Shown: one piece after another, positions 49,601-62,379 of the stretch
How the letters are laid out: the number at the start of each line of letters is the position of its first letter
How positions within the stretch are numbered: the stretch's first letter is position 1
Source: Malacoraja senta
Taxonomy: Eukaryota
DNA: 64,000 nt
NCBI GenBank assembly: GCA_038087875.1
Contig: CM075994.1
Location: forward strand, 5,022,001 to 5,086,000
Direction: 5' to 3'
Notes under the pieces: model-generated
The model's input: only the letters and a program-made list of their open reading frames with translations
Databases searched by the model: none
What the model was told of the DNA's origin: nothing
Made by a program: the position numbers and the translations under genes

Positions 49601-50899
49601 TGGAGTGATCGAGCGAGAGAGACGGGACGACCGACCGCAGACATGTAGATAGTCACGCAAATTCATCCAGTAAGTGGTCAGTGGGTACAAACTGGCTCGG
49701 TGCACAAATACATTTTAATTAAATCATTATTTTGCAATAGAATGACATTTGTTACATTTTCTCCTAACTGGTTCGCCTGCCAACATTTTTATAAAATACC
49801 CACATGAGTTTGTTTTCGTGATTTACGGACAGAATACACATTCGTGATATTTTTAGCAGCATAGATCTCAACATCTGAAACTGGATGTCAATGGAACCAA
49901 ACTATAAAGTTATTTTACTTTTACGTTTATTCTCATCTGCTGCTAGGGATAAGCAGGGTGTGTTGATAAGCCTTAATCCCTCCGCGTTTTATCACTGCAA
50001 TCTCTTTGCTCTAATCTTTGTCAAGTTATCTTGTTAATTTTATAGTATAGTAAGATAAGTGCAGGTGATTATTTATATTGATCTCGGAAAAATAGCAGTA
50101 AGTGGGGTACCATCATATTAATCTTGCAAATGAGTGCTGTTTATTTGCAACTATTCAATTACATTACACACGGAGTCTTCAGTTCTTTTTTCACAATCGA
50201 AATCATGCTTTTTCCCTTTAGCTCTTTACTTCAAAACTCCCTTCTGATTTAGCTTCAGCGGACTGGTGAATTAGTAGAACATGGGAATAACTTAGAAAGT
50301 GTGTACGAAATCCATAGTTGTTCCATACAGATGAACAGACGTCCCTCAAAGAACCTTAATATTATCCTGTCTAAAATCGATTGATTTGAATGGAAACCAG
50401 CACAAAGATAAATGGAAATTTCAGTACCAGCTTACATCCAAGGTGCCGTGCTTCTAACCAATTGTCAAATCGGTTAATTTGAGTTACATGGTGATACATA
50501 TTGGCCTACAAAAGTGAATGTATCACAGAACAATATATCGGAAGTCATCGGCCCATGCAGCATCATATTTAACTCAGGGTCCCAAGCTAAGGAATACAAT
50601 TGATTTGTATGTTTCCTCACGTGGAAATTAATAGAAAGTGAGGCTTCGGGAGAAGGTTCTGGGCTCCCAAACTGACCCCCAATAGAAAAAGACAACGGCT
50701 GAACCTTTTGCAGTAGAAATTCTGCACTCCAATCTATCCACAATTATGTTCATCAAAACATAATCTCTGTTCGCGCTTAAAGTGACTGTTGTTTCGAATA
50801 AAAACAACTGATTTTACAATACACTAGTTATACGTACGATAGGCTTTTCAACACAATACCCGACAAGCACAATGAACTATGGAGTACAACTACTACGTT

Positions 50900-53800
50900 A
50901 GAAAAACCACCAACAATGGAGGTGGCGTGGTAGTCTGACGCGCTGACCTCTACCGTACTGAGACCAGGCGACAACTCTCAGACTCCACTACCTATATATC
51001 CTTGGACATTGACCGCCACAGACGAGCACCAGAACTTAATATCACGTACCATTTCTGATTGTATTACTTCCGGCTCTCTGCCATTTAAAGCTTCCAACCT
51101 TATCGTCTCCAAGCCCCGCACGGCCTGATTTTATGTTCTCCCCAAAATCCACAAACAGAATTGTCCATGCAGACACATTGTTTCTGCGTGTTCTTGTCCC
51201 ACCGATTTATTTCCTCACACGTGGAAGTCTTCCTACCCACCATTGTACAATCCCTCCCTCCCTATGTCCGTCACCTCACACGCTCTACGTTTCTTCAACA
51301 ACTTACATTTTCCAGGCTCCCTCTCCTACATCTTTAGCATGGATGTCCAGTCAATCTACAAGTCCATCCACCACCAGGATGGTCTAACTGCACACTGTTT
51401 CTTCTTTGACGGCAGAACCCGCCCAGTTCCGTCTCCCAATACACTTCTCCGCCCAGCAGAGCTGGTCCTAAACCACAACAACATATCCTTCGACTCCAAT
51501 CACTTCCTCCAAATGCAAGGCGTAGATATGGGCACTCGCGTGGGTCCCAGATATAACTGCCTCTTTGTAAGGTAGGAAAAAAATCACAGTTCCAAAAGTA
51601 CACTGCTCCTATCCCGGAACTCTACTTCCGCTACAATGACGATCGCATCGGCGCTGCCTCCTGCACCCATGCAGAACACGCTAATTTAATCATCCTTCAT
51701 TGTTCTGTATCCCAATGTTCTATCGATTCAGGATCAATTGATGTGTATTTGAGTGTAGCTAATGTTATCCCATCTTTTAAGAAAGGAGAGAGAAAATAGG
51801 AAATTATAAATTAGTTAGCCTGATATCGGTGGTGGGGAAGATGCTGGAGTCAATTGTAAAATATGAAATAGCGGCACATTTGGATAGCAGTAACAGGATC
51901 GGTTCGAGTCAGCAGGGATATACGAAGGGGAAATCATGCTTGACTAAGTTTCTGGAAGTATATGAGGATGTAATTAGGGAAATGGACAAGTCCACTGTGG
52001 ATGTAGTGGACCTGGACTTTCAGAAAACACTTGATAAGTTCCCACATAGGAGATTAGTGGGCAGAATTAGAGTACTTGGTATTGGGGGTAGGGAACTGAC
52101 ATGGATAGAAAATTGGTTGGCAGACAGGAAACAAAGATTAGGGATTAACGGGTCCCTTTCAGAATATCAAGCAGTGACAAGTGGGGTATCGTAAGGATCG
52201 ATGCAGGAAACGCAGCTATTTACAATATACATCAACGATTTAGATGAAGGGATTCAAACTAACATTAGCAAATATGCAGGTGCCACAAAGCTAGGTGGCA
52301 GTTTGAACAACGAGGAGGATGCTATGAGGATGCAGGTTAACGTGGACAGGTTGGTGCGTGGGCCGACGCATGGCAGATGCAGTTTTGTGTGGATATCCAC
52401 ATAGGTCGCAAAACAGGAAGGCAGATTATTAACACAATGGTGTCAAGGTTGGAAAAGGGGGAGTGAACAGAGATCTGGGGGGGCTTTTGTTGATCATTCA
52501 CTGAAAGTAACCATGCAGGTACAGCAGACAGTGAGGAAAGCTCATGGTATGTTGGCCTTCATAACTAGCCGAGTTGAGTATATGAGCAAAGAGGTCCGTC
52601 TGCGGTTGTACAGCGCCCTGCTGAGATCACACCTGGAGTATTGTGTGCAATTCTTGTCTCCAAATATGAGGAAGGACATTCTTACTATTGAGGGAGTGCA
52701 GCGTGGGTTCACGGGGTTAATTCCCGGGATGGCGGGTCTGCTATATATGGATAGAATGGAGCGGCTGGGCTTGTATACTCTGGAATGTAGAAGGATTAGA
52801 GGGTATCTTATTGAAACGTATAAGGTTATTAAGGGGTTAGACACGCTGGAGGCAGCAAACATGTTCCCGGCGTTAGGGGATTCCAGAACCAGGGTGCACA
52901 GCTTAAGAATGGGGGGTTGGCCATTTAGAACGGAGATGAGGAAAGTTGTAAATCTGTAGAACTTGCTGCTTCAGCAAGCAGTGGAGGCCAATTCTCAGGA
53001 TGCTTTCAAGCGAAAACTCGATAGAGCTCTTTAATATAGTTTAGCCAGAGGATGTGGAGAGAAGGCAGGAACGGGTTACATTATGTAGATGATCAGCCAT
53101 GATCACAGTAAATGGCGTTTCTGGCTCGAAGTGCCGAATGGCGTACTCCTGCAGCTATTGTCTATTGTCTATTGTCTATTGTCGAATATTTTTCATCCAG
53201 CACTCAAATTCACTTGGACCATATCGGACATCTCCTTACCATATCCGGATCTCACCGTCTCCGTCGCAGGAGGCAGACTATTAACCGACATCTACTACAA
53301 GCCTGACTTCCATAGCTGTCGTGATTACAAGTCTTCCCACACTGCTTTCTGTAAGTCTCTATCCCCTACTCCCAGTTCCTCCGTCCACGTCGTATCTGTG
53401 CCCAGGATGAGATTTTCCGTACTAAATCATCAGAGATGTGCTCATTCCACAGGAAACGGGCTTCCCCTTTTCCATTATAGATGAGGCACTAAGTAGGTTT
53501 TACTCGATATCACGCAGCTCCGTTCTTGTTTCCCCTCCCCCCATTAGCAACTTGAACAGAGTCCCCATTGTCATCACCTTCCATCCAATCACTTACAGCA
53601 TATAATCCTCCAAAACATTCGCCACCGACAACGGGATCGCACTGCTGGCCACATCTTCACATCTCCACCCATTTCTGCTTTCCGCCAAGACCGTTCCTTC
53701 CGCGTCTCCCTAGTCAACTCGTCCCTTCCCACAAAAAAAACAATACCTACCCAGGCACTGCAGGAAATGCAACACCTGTCCCATTATATCCCCCGCTCGA

Positions 53801-54272
53801 CTCCGTCCAAAGACCCAGACCGTCTTTTCAGTTGCAGCAGAGGTTCACGCACGTCCTGCAACCTCGTCTACTGTATTGTCTGTTCTAGCAGTCAACATAT
53901 GTACATCGTCGAAACTGAATGCAACCTCATCTCCCGGTTGCTCAGCACGTTAAATCCAGCGCCCATTCCCAATCTGTCATTTCTGGCCAGTTGGAGGAAC
54001 ATCACCTCATATTTCTCTTTGGTAGCTTACACCCCAGCGGTATGAACTTTGATTTCTCTAACTTCAAGTAACGCTTGCATTCCATCTCTCTCCATCCCCA
54101 TCGCTCTTCCCAGAACTGCCAGCAGTATTACTGTCTTAGACGACATTCTATCTCTGTGCCGCCCACTCCCCAAATATCAGTCTGAAGAAGGGTCTCGACC
54201 AACATTGTCACTCATCCCTTCTATCCAGAGATGCTGCCTGTCCTCGCTGAGTTACTCCAGCATTTTGTGTTT
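50900..54272 (+). mobile_element. Penelope-like element (RT plus GIY-YIG), degenerate, split by a CR1
   Basis: LPKIHK, MDVQSIY, QGVDMG, YNDD; after the CR1, FHPALKFTW and NLVYCIVC..HMYIVET; tail tcagtctgaagaagggtctcgacc. Confidence 0.85.
51712..53182 (+). mobile_element. CR1 LINE, 5'-truncated, degenerate
   Basis: ORFs 51829-52194 and 52513-52959; (tctattg)n tail at about 53155-53182. Confidence 0.93.
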
Positions 54273-55282
54273 ACTATGTTACAAAATTCTGCACAAGGAT
54301 ATTCTCAAGGATTATATTTCTAAGCAAAAAATTGGAAGATAATTAATCCAGAGTGGATCCTGTTTGAATATGAGATAAATAACGTCGGAATAAGTAGTTT
54401 GCAACAAAATGTTGGGGTTACTTTATGTCGACCCGGTCAAGTGTATGCCAGAACATCGGGGAAAGCAGAGATAAATAATCTGGACACTGGTAGTTCTATT
54501 TATGTCAACGATAATTGCAGATAAGGCGCCGTAAGCCTGGAGGGTGGCTAACGTTTTCGCTCATTTTAAGAATAACTGCACTGGAAAGCTTGACCACAAC
54601 ATAGCGGTGAACTTAACATCAGTGTTTGTTAATTTTCGGAGCGAATTTCGAGAGACAGGTCGAATTTGCGATAGACAGCATTGCATTCCTCGTTTATCAG
54701 GAGGTTCATTACATATATTGAAATAGTGATCAAGAACATTGAAGATGGTAATCTGGTATAAGTTGCTCTTTGGATTTCAGCACGGTCCTTTCCAGAGCTT
54801 GGAATGTTAGGTTTCATTGAATCCAGGGCGAGCTTTTGCAAATGTATATTTCGTAACTGAACTTCTACAATCCCCTTTAAGTTGCTTGCAGTCTTAAACA
54901 ATAATTATGGTAGAAGAGACGTAACGCACATTATTCTTTAGAAATGTTCGAACCCGTATGTATAACGGTTGCATTAACCACGTGACAACACAAGTTAAAA
55001 TCAAGAAATAGTCACATATCTGTTTACTTTTGTTTCTTAGAAAACGTACCAATCCACGAATCTAATTACAGCCTTCGCATGAAAAACTGTTTTCCTCTTT
55101 TATTCGACTTAATCATATCCAAGAGCTATATATTTGGTGCATACAGATGTGTGCAAGCTGCCCTGAAATTGGTCCGGACGTTGCGTTCTGTTACATTTTC
55201 AACGACACAACATGTATTTCACTGAACCACGGGAAATATGAAAACGGTACAAACGGTACAAACGGTTTAGGAAACAACACGT

Positions 55283-57460
55283 TTAGAAACATAGAAACAG
55301 AAAATATGTGCAGGAGGAGGCCATTCGGCAACTCGAGCCAGCACCGCCATTCATTGTGAAATGGCTGATCGTCCCCAATCAATGCCCCGTGCCTGCCTTC
55401 TCCCAAGATACCTTGATTCCACAAGCCCATAGAGCTCGATATAACTCTCTTTTAAATCCATCCAGTGATTTGGCCTCCACTTCCCTCTGTGGCAGGGAAT
55501 TTCACAAATTCACAACTCTCAGTCTTAAATGGCCTCCCCTTTATTCTAAGACTGTGGCCCCTGATTCTGGCCTCGCCCAATATTGGGAAAACATTTCCTG
55601 CATCCAACTTGTCCAGTCCATTTATAATAGTATATGTTTCTATCAGACCCCCCTCATCCTTCTAAACTCCAGTGAATACAAGCCTAGTCTTTTAAATATT
55701 CCTCATATGAGAGTCCCGCCATCAGAGGGATCAATCTCGTGAACCTACGCTGCACTGCCTCAATCACAAAGATGACCTTCCTCAAATTAAGATACCAAAC
55801 TGTACACAATACTCCAGATGCTGTCTTACCAGAGCTCTACACAACTGCAGAAGAATCTCTCTACTCCTATACTGAAATCCTCTTGTAATGACATTCCGTT
55901 AGCTTTCTTCACCGCCTGCTGCACCTGCACGCCAACTTTCAGTGACCGGTGTACAAGGACACCCTGGTCTCGCTCTACCACCCCCTAATCTAACCTAACC
56001 CCATTGAGATAATAATCTCCCCCCTTGTTTTTGCCACTAAAGTGGATAACCTCACATGTATCTATATTATACTGCACATGCCACTCATCTGCCAACACAC
56101 CCAACCTATCTAGGTCACCTTGCTACCTCCTAACATCCTCTTCACAGTTCACACTGCCGCCCAGCTTTGTGTCATCTGCAAATTTGCTGGTAGTGCTCCG
56201 AAATCCCTCTTCCAAACCATTAATATATATGGTAAACAGTTGCGCCCCAACACCGAACCTTGCGGCACTACACACGCAACTACCTGCCATTCTGTAAAGG
56301 ACCCGTTTACTCCTACTATTTACCTCCTGTCTGCCTACCAATTTACTATCCACGTCAACACCCTACCCGCAACATCATGTGCTCTAATGGTAGTCACCCT
56401 TCTCCCATGCGGGACCTTATCATAAAGTCTAGATACACTACATCCACTGGCTCCCCTTCATCCATTTTGCTTGTCACATCCTCAAAAAATTCCAGAAGGT
56501 TAGTCAAGCATGATTTTCCTTTCCTAAATCCACGCTGACTTGGACTAATCATTTTACTGCTATCCAAATGCCCCATTATTACCTCTTTAGTAATTGACTC
56601 CAGCATCTTTCCCACCACCAAAGTCAGGCTAACTTGTCTGTAATTCCCCGTTTTCTCTCTCGCTCCTTTCTTGAAAAGTGGTATAACATTAGATATCCTC
56701 CAATCCACAGGAACTGATACTGAATCTATTGAATATTGGAAAATGATAACCAGTGCGTCCACTATTTCTAGAGCCACCTCCCAGAGGACACCGGTATGCA
56801 GACCATCAGGCCCAGGGGATTTATGATCCTTCAGTCCCATTAGCCTACCCAATACTATTTCTCGCCTAATGATGATTTATATCAGTTCCTCGACCCCCTT
56901 TGATCCTCTGTCCTCCAGCACTTCTGGGAGACTGTTTGTGTCTTCCCCAGTGAAGACAGATCCAAATTATCCGTTCATCTCCTCTGCCATTTCCTTGTTC
57001 CCTAAAATAATTTCACCCATGTCTGCCTTCAAGGGACCCACATTTCATTTTGCCATCGTTTTCCCTTAACTTATCTAAAGAAGCTTTTAATGTCCTTCTT
57101 TATATTCCTGGCCAGCTTCCCCTCGTTCTCTTTTCAGCCCGTATTGCCCGTTCTGTTTTCTTCTGTTGTCCTATGAAGTTTCCCCAATCCTCTGGCTTCC
57201 GACTACTCTTTGATGTGTTATACATCTTTTCTTTTAATTTCATTTTATCCCTAACTTCTCTTGTCAGCCACGGTTGCCTCCTACTCCCATATCAATCTTT
57301 CTTCTTCTCAAATTGCAGATTAAAACTATTCATATTATGATCACTACCACCAAGCGTTTATTTTACCTCGAGTTCTCTTATCAAATATGTTTCATTGGAT
57401 AACACTAAATCCAGAATTGCCTTTTCTTTTGTCGGCCCCATTACAATCTGCTCTCAGAAT
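55283..57460 (-). mobile_element. CR1 LINE, 5'-truncated, degenerate
   Basis: ORFs 56394-56852 and 56123-56353; tagaaacatagaaac tail; same subfamily as 7915-10090. Confidence 0.95.
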
Positions 57461-57711
57461 CCAAGCTTTAACATGCAGATCTGCTCGACAGAACATTGCT
57501 AAAGTTGATCAGTGATTTTTCAGGAATTTACGTCTGCGAGAAATATTTCAGAAATATGTGATATTTGTGTTTAAATAAAGCTGAGCAAGCATTATAAATT
57601 ATCGAAAGTGGCAGCAAACAATCCTATATGTGATGCCCATCCCGAATCTCTGTGTGTGTGCGCGTGCGTCTCTATGTGAATGTATGTGTCCGTGTGTCTT
57701 TTCAGGTGTAA

Positions 57712-58882
57712 AGGCTCTGTCTTAAGGCTCTGTCTTACCTGTTTGCGGTCATCGGCGGTGAAGCGCGGCGTCGCCGGTAGCGAGGACCGCGCGGCAACGG
57801 CGAGAGCGTCGAGCCTATCCACCGGAGCGCCGCACGGATGCTGCGCGGGGGCCGAGTTAATTCAAACACGGCGGGTCCCACGTGCTTGCGGTAAGTAAAT
57901 AAAAGGGCGGGCCGACTGCGATGACGTCGGCCCGCCGCACGTGACTCACCAGCGGCGGCTGTGGCGGCGGCCATCCTGATCGCGGCGCTGTAGCGGTGGC
58001 TGTGCCTGCGGCCGTGCAGCACACGTGCCTCACTGGTGGCGGCACGTGCCTCACTGGCGGAGGCTGTGGCAGTGGAGGATTGACGCACGGCGCTCGAGCC
58101 ACACTGGCGGCGGCCCGTGCGTGCGGCCGTGCCGCACTTGTGCATCACTGGTGGAGGTTGTGCGGTGAGTATTTGGTTTTCGACATTGTCGATTTTATTT
58201 TAGCACCGCGCGGTGTTGGGAACACCGCCGCACGACCCGGGAATTGTACGTTCTGACGAGTGCGCGGTCTATGGCGGCAGATTCTTCCCGTTTCGCCGCC
58301 AATGACCGCAGACTCGTGAGACAGGCCTTTTACCTGTTTGCGGTCATCGGCGGTGAAGCGCGGCGTCGCCGGTAGCGGGGACCGCGCGGCAACGGCGAGA
58401 GCGTCGAGCCTATCCACCGGAGAGCCGCACGGATGCTGCGCGGGGGCCGAGTTAATTCAAACACGGCGGGTCCCACGTACTGCGGTAAGTAAAAAAAAGG
58501 GCGGGCCGACTGCGATGACGGCGGCTGTGGCGGCGGCCATCCTGATCGCGGCGCTGTAGAGGTGGCTGTACCTGCGGCCGTGCAGCACACGTGCCTCACT
58601 AGCGGCGGCACGTGCCTCACTGGCGGAGGCTGTGGCAGTGGAGGTTTGACGCACGGCGCTCGAGCCACACTGGCGGCGGCCCGTGCGGGCGGCCGTGCCG
58701 CACTCGTGCATCACTGGTGGAGGTTGTGCGGTGAGTATATAGTTTTCGACATTGTCGATTTTATTTTAGCACCGTGCGGTGTTGGGAACACCGCCGCACG
58801 GCCCGGGAATTGTACGTTCTCACGAGTGCGCGGTCTATGGCGGCAGATTCTTCCCGTATCGCAGACTCGTGAGACAGGCCTT
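57712..58882. mobile_element. Harbinger-type MITE copy 2 (host: 57712-57724 plus 58333-58882)
   Basis: TAA TSD at 57709-57711 and 58883-58885; sequence matches 39012-39606. Confidence 0.8.
57725..58329. mobile_element. Harbinger-type MITE copy 3, nested in the TIR of copy 2
   Basis: TTA TSD at 57722-57724 and 58330-58332; both termini intact. Confidence 0.8.
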
Positions 58883-58904
58883 TAAGTCTATATATTCTTC
58901 TGTA

Positions 58905-59171
58905 NNNNNNNNNNNNNNNNNNNNNNNNNNNNNNNNNNNNNNNNNNNNNNNNNNNNNNNNNNNNNNNNNNNNNNNNNNNNNNNNNNNNNNNNNNNNNNNN
59001 NNNNNNNNNNNNNNNNNNNNNNNNNNNNNNNNNNNNNNNNNNNNNNNNNNNNNNNNNNNNNNNNNNNNNNNNNNNNNNNNNNNNNNNNNNNNNNNNNNNN
59101 NNNNNNNNNNNNNNNNNNNNNNNNNNNNNNNNNNNNNNNNNNNNNNNNNNNNNNNNNNNNNNNNNNNNNNN
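58905..59171. other. Assembly gap
   Basis: Run of N, flanked by GA-rich low-complexity sequence. Confidence 1.
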
Positions 59172-59285
59172 AGGGAGTGGGAGAGAGAGATAGATAGAGA
59201 GAGAGGGGGTGGAGGGAGGGAGTATAGGAGTGTGAGAGAGAGTTTTTTTTAGGTGACAGAAGAAATATTCGTATCAGTTGTCTAC

Positions 59286-59312
59286 CTGTTTCCTTCTGTC
59301 TCAGTTTCTCTT
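59286..59312 (-). CDS. Candidate 27-nt phase-1 micro-exon (QEKLRQKET)
   Basis: ttgacag|AAGAGAAACTGAGACAGAAGGAAACAG|gtagac; peptide resembles exons at 36118 and 23203. Confidence 0.7.
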
Positions 59313-59513
59313 CTGTCAACGCAAATTTGTTACAAAATGACTTGAGATTTATATGATAAAGTGACATCTGAAGCAAAGTGTGACAAAATTAACTTGACCA
59401 CTTTAGAATAAGGCTGTTGTTTATTTTCGGCTAATCGGTTGTTTTGTAAAGGTGATGCATTCAGAAAAATATAATTATCATTGTTTCATGCAACATGATC
59501 TTTGAAAACTTAC

Positions 59514-59549
59514 GTGTATCTTTGAGATTTTTTGCGCAATCGCCACTTC
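59514..59549 (-). CDS. Candidate 36-nt phase-1 micro-exon of host coiled-coil gene (xSGDCAKNLKDT)
   Basis: Minus strand tttctcttgtacgttgcag|GAAGTGGCGATTGCGCAAAAAATCTCAAAGATACAC|gtaagt: polypyrimidine tract, AG, consensus GTAAGT donor, 36 nt, open in phase 1. Confidence 0.7.
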
Positions 59550-60212
59550 CTGCAACGTACAAGAGAAACTGTTAAAATCCTGTGTGTAACCGCGGATGTC
59601 CATCAAATTCTAATATTGCGGCGATATCAAACTTTCACTATTTTGTGCGAACAGTGTTTTCTGAATTAATTCTCAATTATTCTAAATACAACGCACTGAG
59701 CTAGAAGTCGAAAGCTGATCATGCAAACTTGATTGTCAAAACAAAAACGCACGAATTGCAACACAGGTCTAATTTGAGCATGCCGACAATTTATTTGTGA
59801 TTTCGACCTAGACGTTGGGCACGCCTTAATTTCATCATGTATTTTAAGACGGCAAGAAAGCTCTGGTTGATTGATCGAATATATGTGCGATGAAAAGAGT
59901 GCTGCAAGCAGCTTGACGATGGCAGTAATGGAAACTAAAGACTGTCATTGTTGTCTTTATGCTCCGTGAAATATTGTGGATTTGTTCCTCTGTTTCCAAA
60001 TGTCTCTGATAACCAAATATTAGAAATGCATTTTCGCAAGGAGATAATTCATATTTACTAACAAAGATTGGAACATACACATTAAATATTGTTGAACCAA
60101 ATGTATTTCAAGTAATTGTGTTTGAAATTACATTGCTAATTTAAATAAATTTAAAATCAAGCAATGTGCTGCCGGGTGAATATTTAAACTACTGAATAAA
60201 TGAAAGATTGAA

Positions 60213-62370
60213 GGAATGAATGGATGAATGAATGAATGAGTGAATGAATGAATACATACATTTATTGGCCAAGTATTGAGATACAAGGAATTTGCCTTGC
60301 TGCTTCGCCCGCAAGTGACAGCATGACATACAATGACAGTTAGAAATGACACAGAAAACATAAATCATTAATAATAAAACATTATCGATTAAACATTTGA
60401 ATTAAATAAAATACCAGAGGAAAAGGAGACTATAGATTGTTGGTTATTGAGTAAAACTACTACTCGTGGGGAAAAAAAACTGGTTTTATGTCTGACTGTG
60501 GCAGCTTTGACAGTAAGGAGTCGCCTTTCAGAGGGATGTGATTCAAATAGATTGTGATCTGTGTGAGAGGGGTCAGAGAAGACCTTACCCACTCGCTTCC
60601 TGTCCTTTGCCGTGTACATTTCGTCAATGGAGCGAAGGTTGCAGACAATAACCTTGTCAGCTGACCGGACGCTTCGCTGCAGTCTCCGGATGTCGTGCTT
60701 GTTTGCTGAGCCAAACAAGACCATGATGGAGAAGGTAAAGAAAGACTCTACGATGGCAGTATAGAATTGAACCAAGATTGCCTGAGGAAGTTTGTGTTTC
60801 CTCAGCTGCCGCAGGAAGTACATCCTCTGTTGTGCCTCTTTAACTGTAGAGTCGATGGTGGCCCCCCGTTTAAGGTCCTTGGAAATGATGTTTCCCAGGA
60901 ACTTAAACACACCACAGATGTGACTGTGGTGTTGTTGATGGTAAGTGGGGTGAGGTTAAGGGAAGCTCCACTAAAGGCTACAATCAATTCCAATGTCATA
61001 AGAACTTTGAAGTCCAGTTTGTTGCGATGGGACCAGGACGCCAGTTGTGTAACTTCCTGTCTGGGTAGATTCCTCCCCATCCTGGATCTGTTCAATCCGG
61101 GTTGTGTCATGAGCAAACTTGAGAAGCTTGATAGAGGAGTCAGTGGAGGTGCAGTGATTGGTGTAGAGGTAGTAGAGGAGATGGGGGGTAAGCAGCCTTG
61201 CGGTGCTCCTATGCTGAGGGTCTGGGGATCCGAGATATTCTTTCCCAGCCTCACATGCTGCTTCCTGTCTCTCAGGAAGCCGGTGATCCACGGAAAGGGG
61301 TTCAGGCACAGTCAACTTGAAAAGTTTGGAGTGTAGTAGCTCTGGCACAACAATGTCGAATGCAGAGCTAAAATCAACAAATACAAATCTCGCATAGGTC
61401 CCCTGGCGGTCTAGGTACTGGAGTATGCAGTACAGGCCCAGTTTGACTGCGTCATCCACATATCTATTGACCAGATATGCAAACTGCAGGGGGTACTGCT
61501 GGCGGTCAGTGATATTTTTTTCAGTTTGGCCAGCACGTGCATTTCAAGGGTCTTTATGACTAAAGAGATCAGTGCGACATGCCTGGTCATCGATAACAAT
61601 AAATCTTGCCTTTTGGGGTAAGAGACAATAGTGGAGACGTTGAAGCAGGCAGGGACAATACAGGTGTGCAGGAGCTCTTTGCAAATGTCTGTGTAGTCCG
61701 GTGCCAGTTGCTCGCCACATGAGATTAGAGGGGGAAACATTGTCCGATCCTGGAGATTTCCTGCGTTTCTGTCTTCTGACCTGTCTCTTCACCTCCTCTA
61801 TTTTTATTGTTGACGATGGAGAAGTGATGTTGTGCAGCACGAAGGGGTTGGGTAGTGGACGAGCCCGCAGCATTTTGCAGTCATGATATAATTGGGAGTT
61901 AAGCGGTGATTGGAGAGGGGTAGGTGGGAAAGGGGCCAGTCTTTTCAGACTGGCGTCTTGCTTTATGTAGGGGTGAAGTTGTGATTGGGGAGTTGTGGCT
62001 GTAGAAGGGTCCAGTTTTTGCAGACTACGGCCAGGCTGTAAGTGGGTGTGCTATGTGGGTTGGTGTGGTAAGTGTCCAGAATGTTCAGACTGGAGTCGTG
62101 CCTTAAGTAGCTGTAAATTGGTGATTGGGGATTAGAGGGTGTTGAAGGGTCCAGTCTTTGCAGACTGAGGTCCGGCTGTGTTGGCACCGCAGGGAGGAGC
62201 GGGTATCAGCGTTACTTTCCTGCTTGTCAAATATGCAGTAGCACTCACTCAGGTCGACGGTCAGCTGACGATTGTCCAATGAGCGGGGGGCTTTCCTCTT
62301 GTAGCTGGTGATTTTTTTGCAAGCCCTTCCAAACAGTAGAAAAGTCACTAACTGAGAACTGGCTCCTCAA
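60213..62370 (-). mobile_element. Rex1/Babar-type LINE, RT and 3' end, degenerate
   Basis: DFSSAF, GAPQGC, KFAHD, QQRMYFLRQL motifs; AATAAA followed by (TCAT)n tail at 60213-60265. Confidence 0.88.
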
Positions 62371-62379
62371 CATTTGTGT

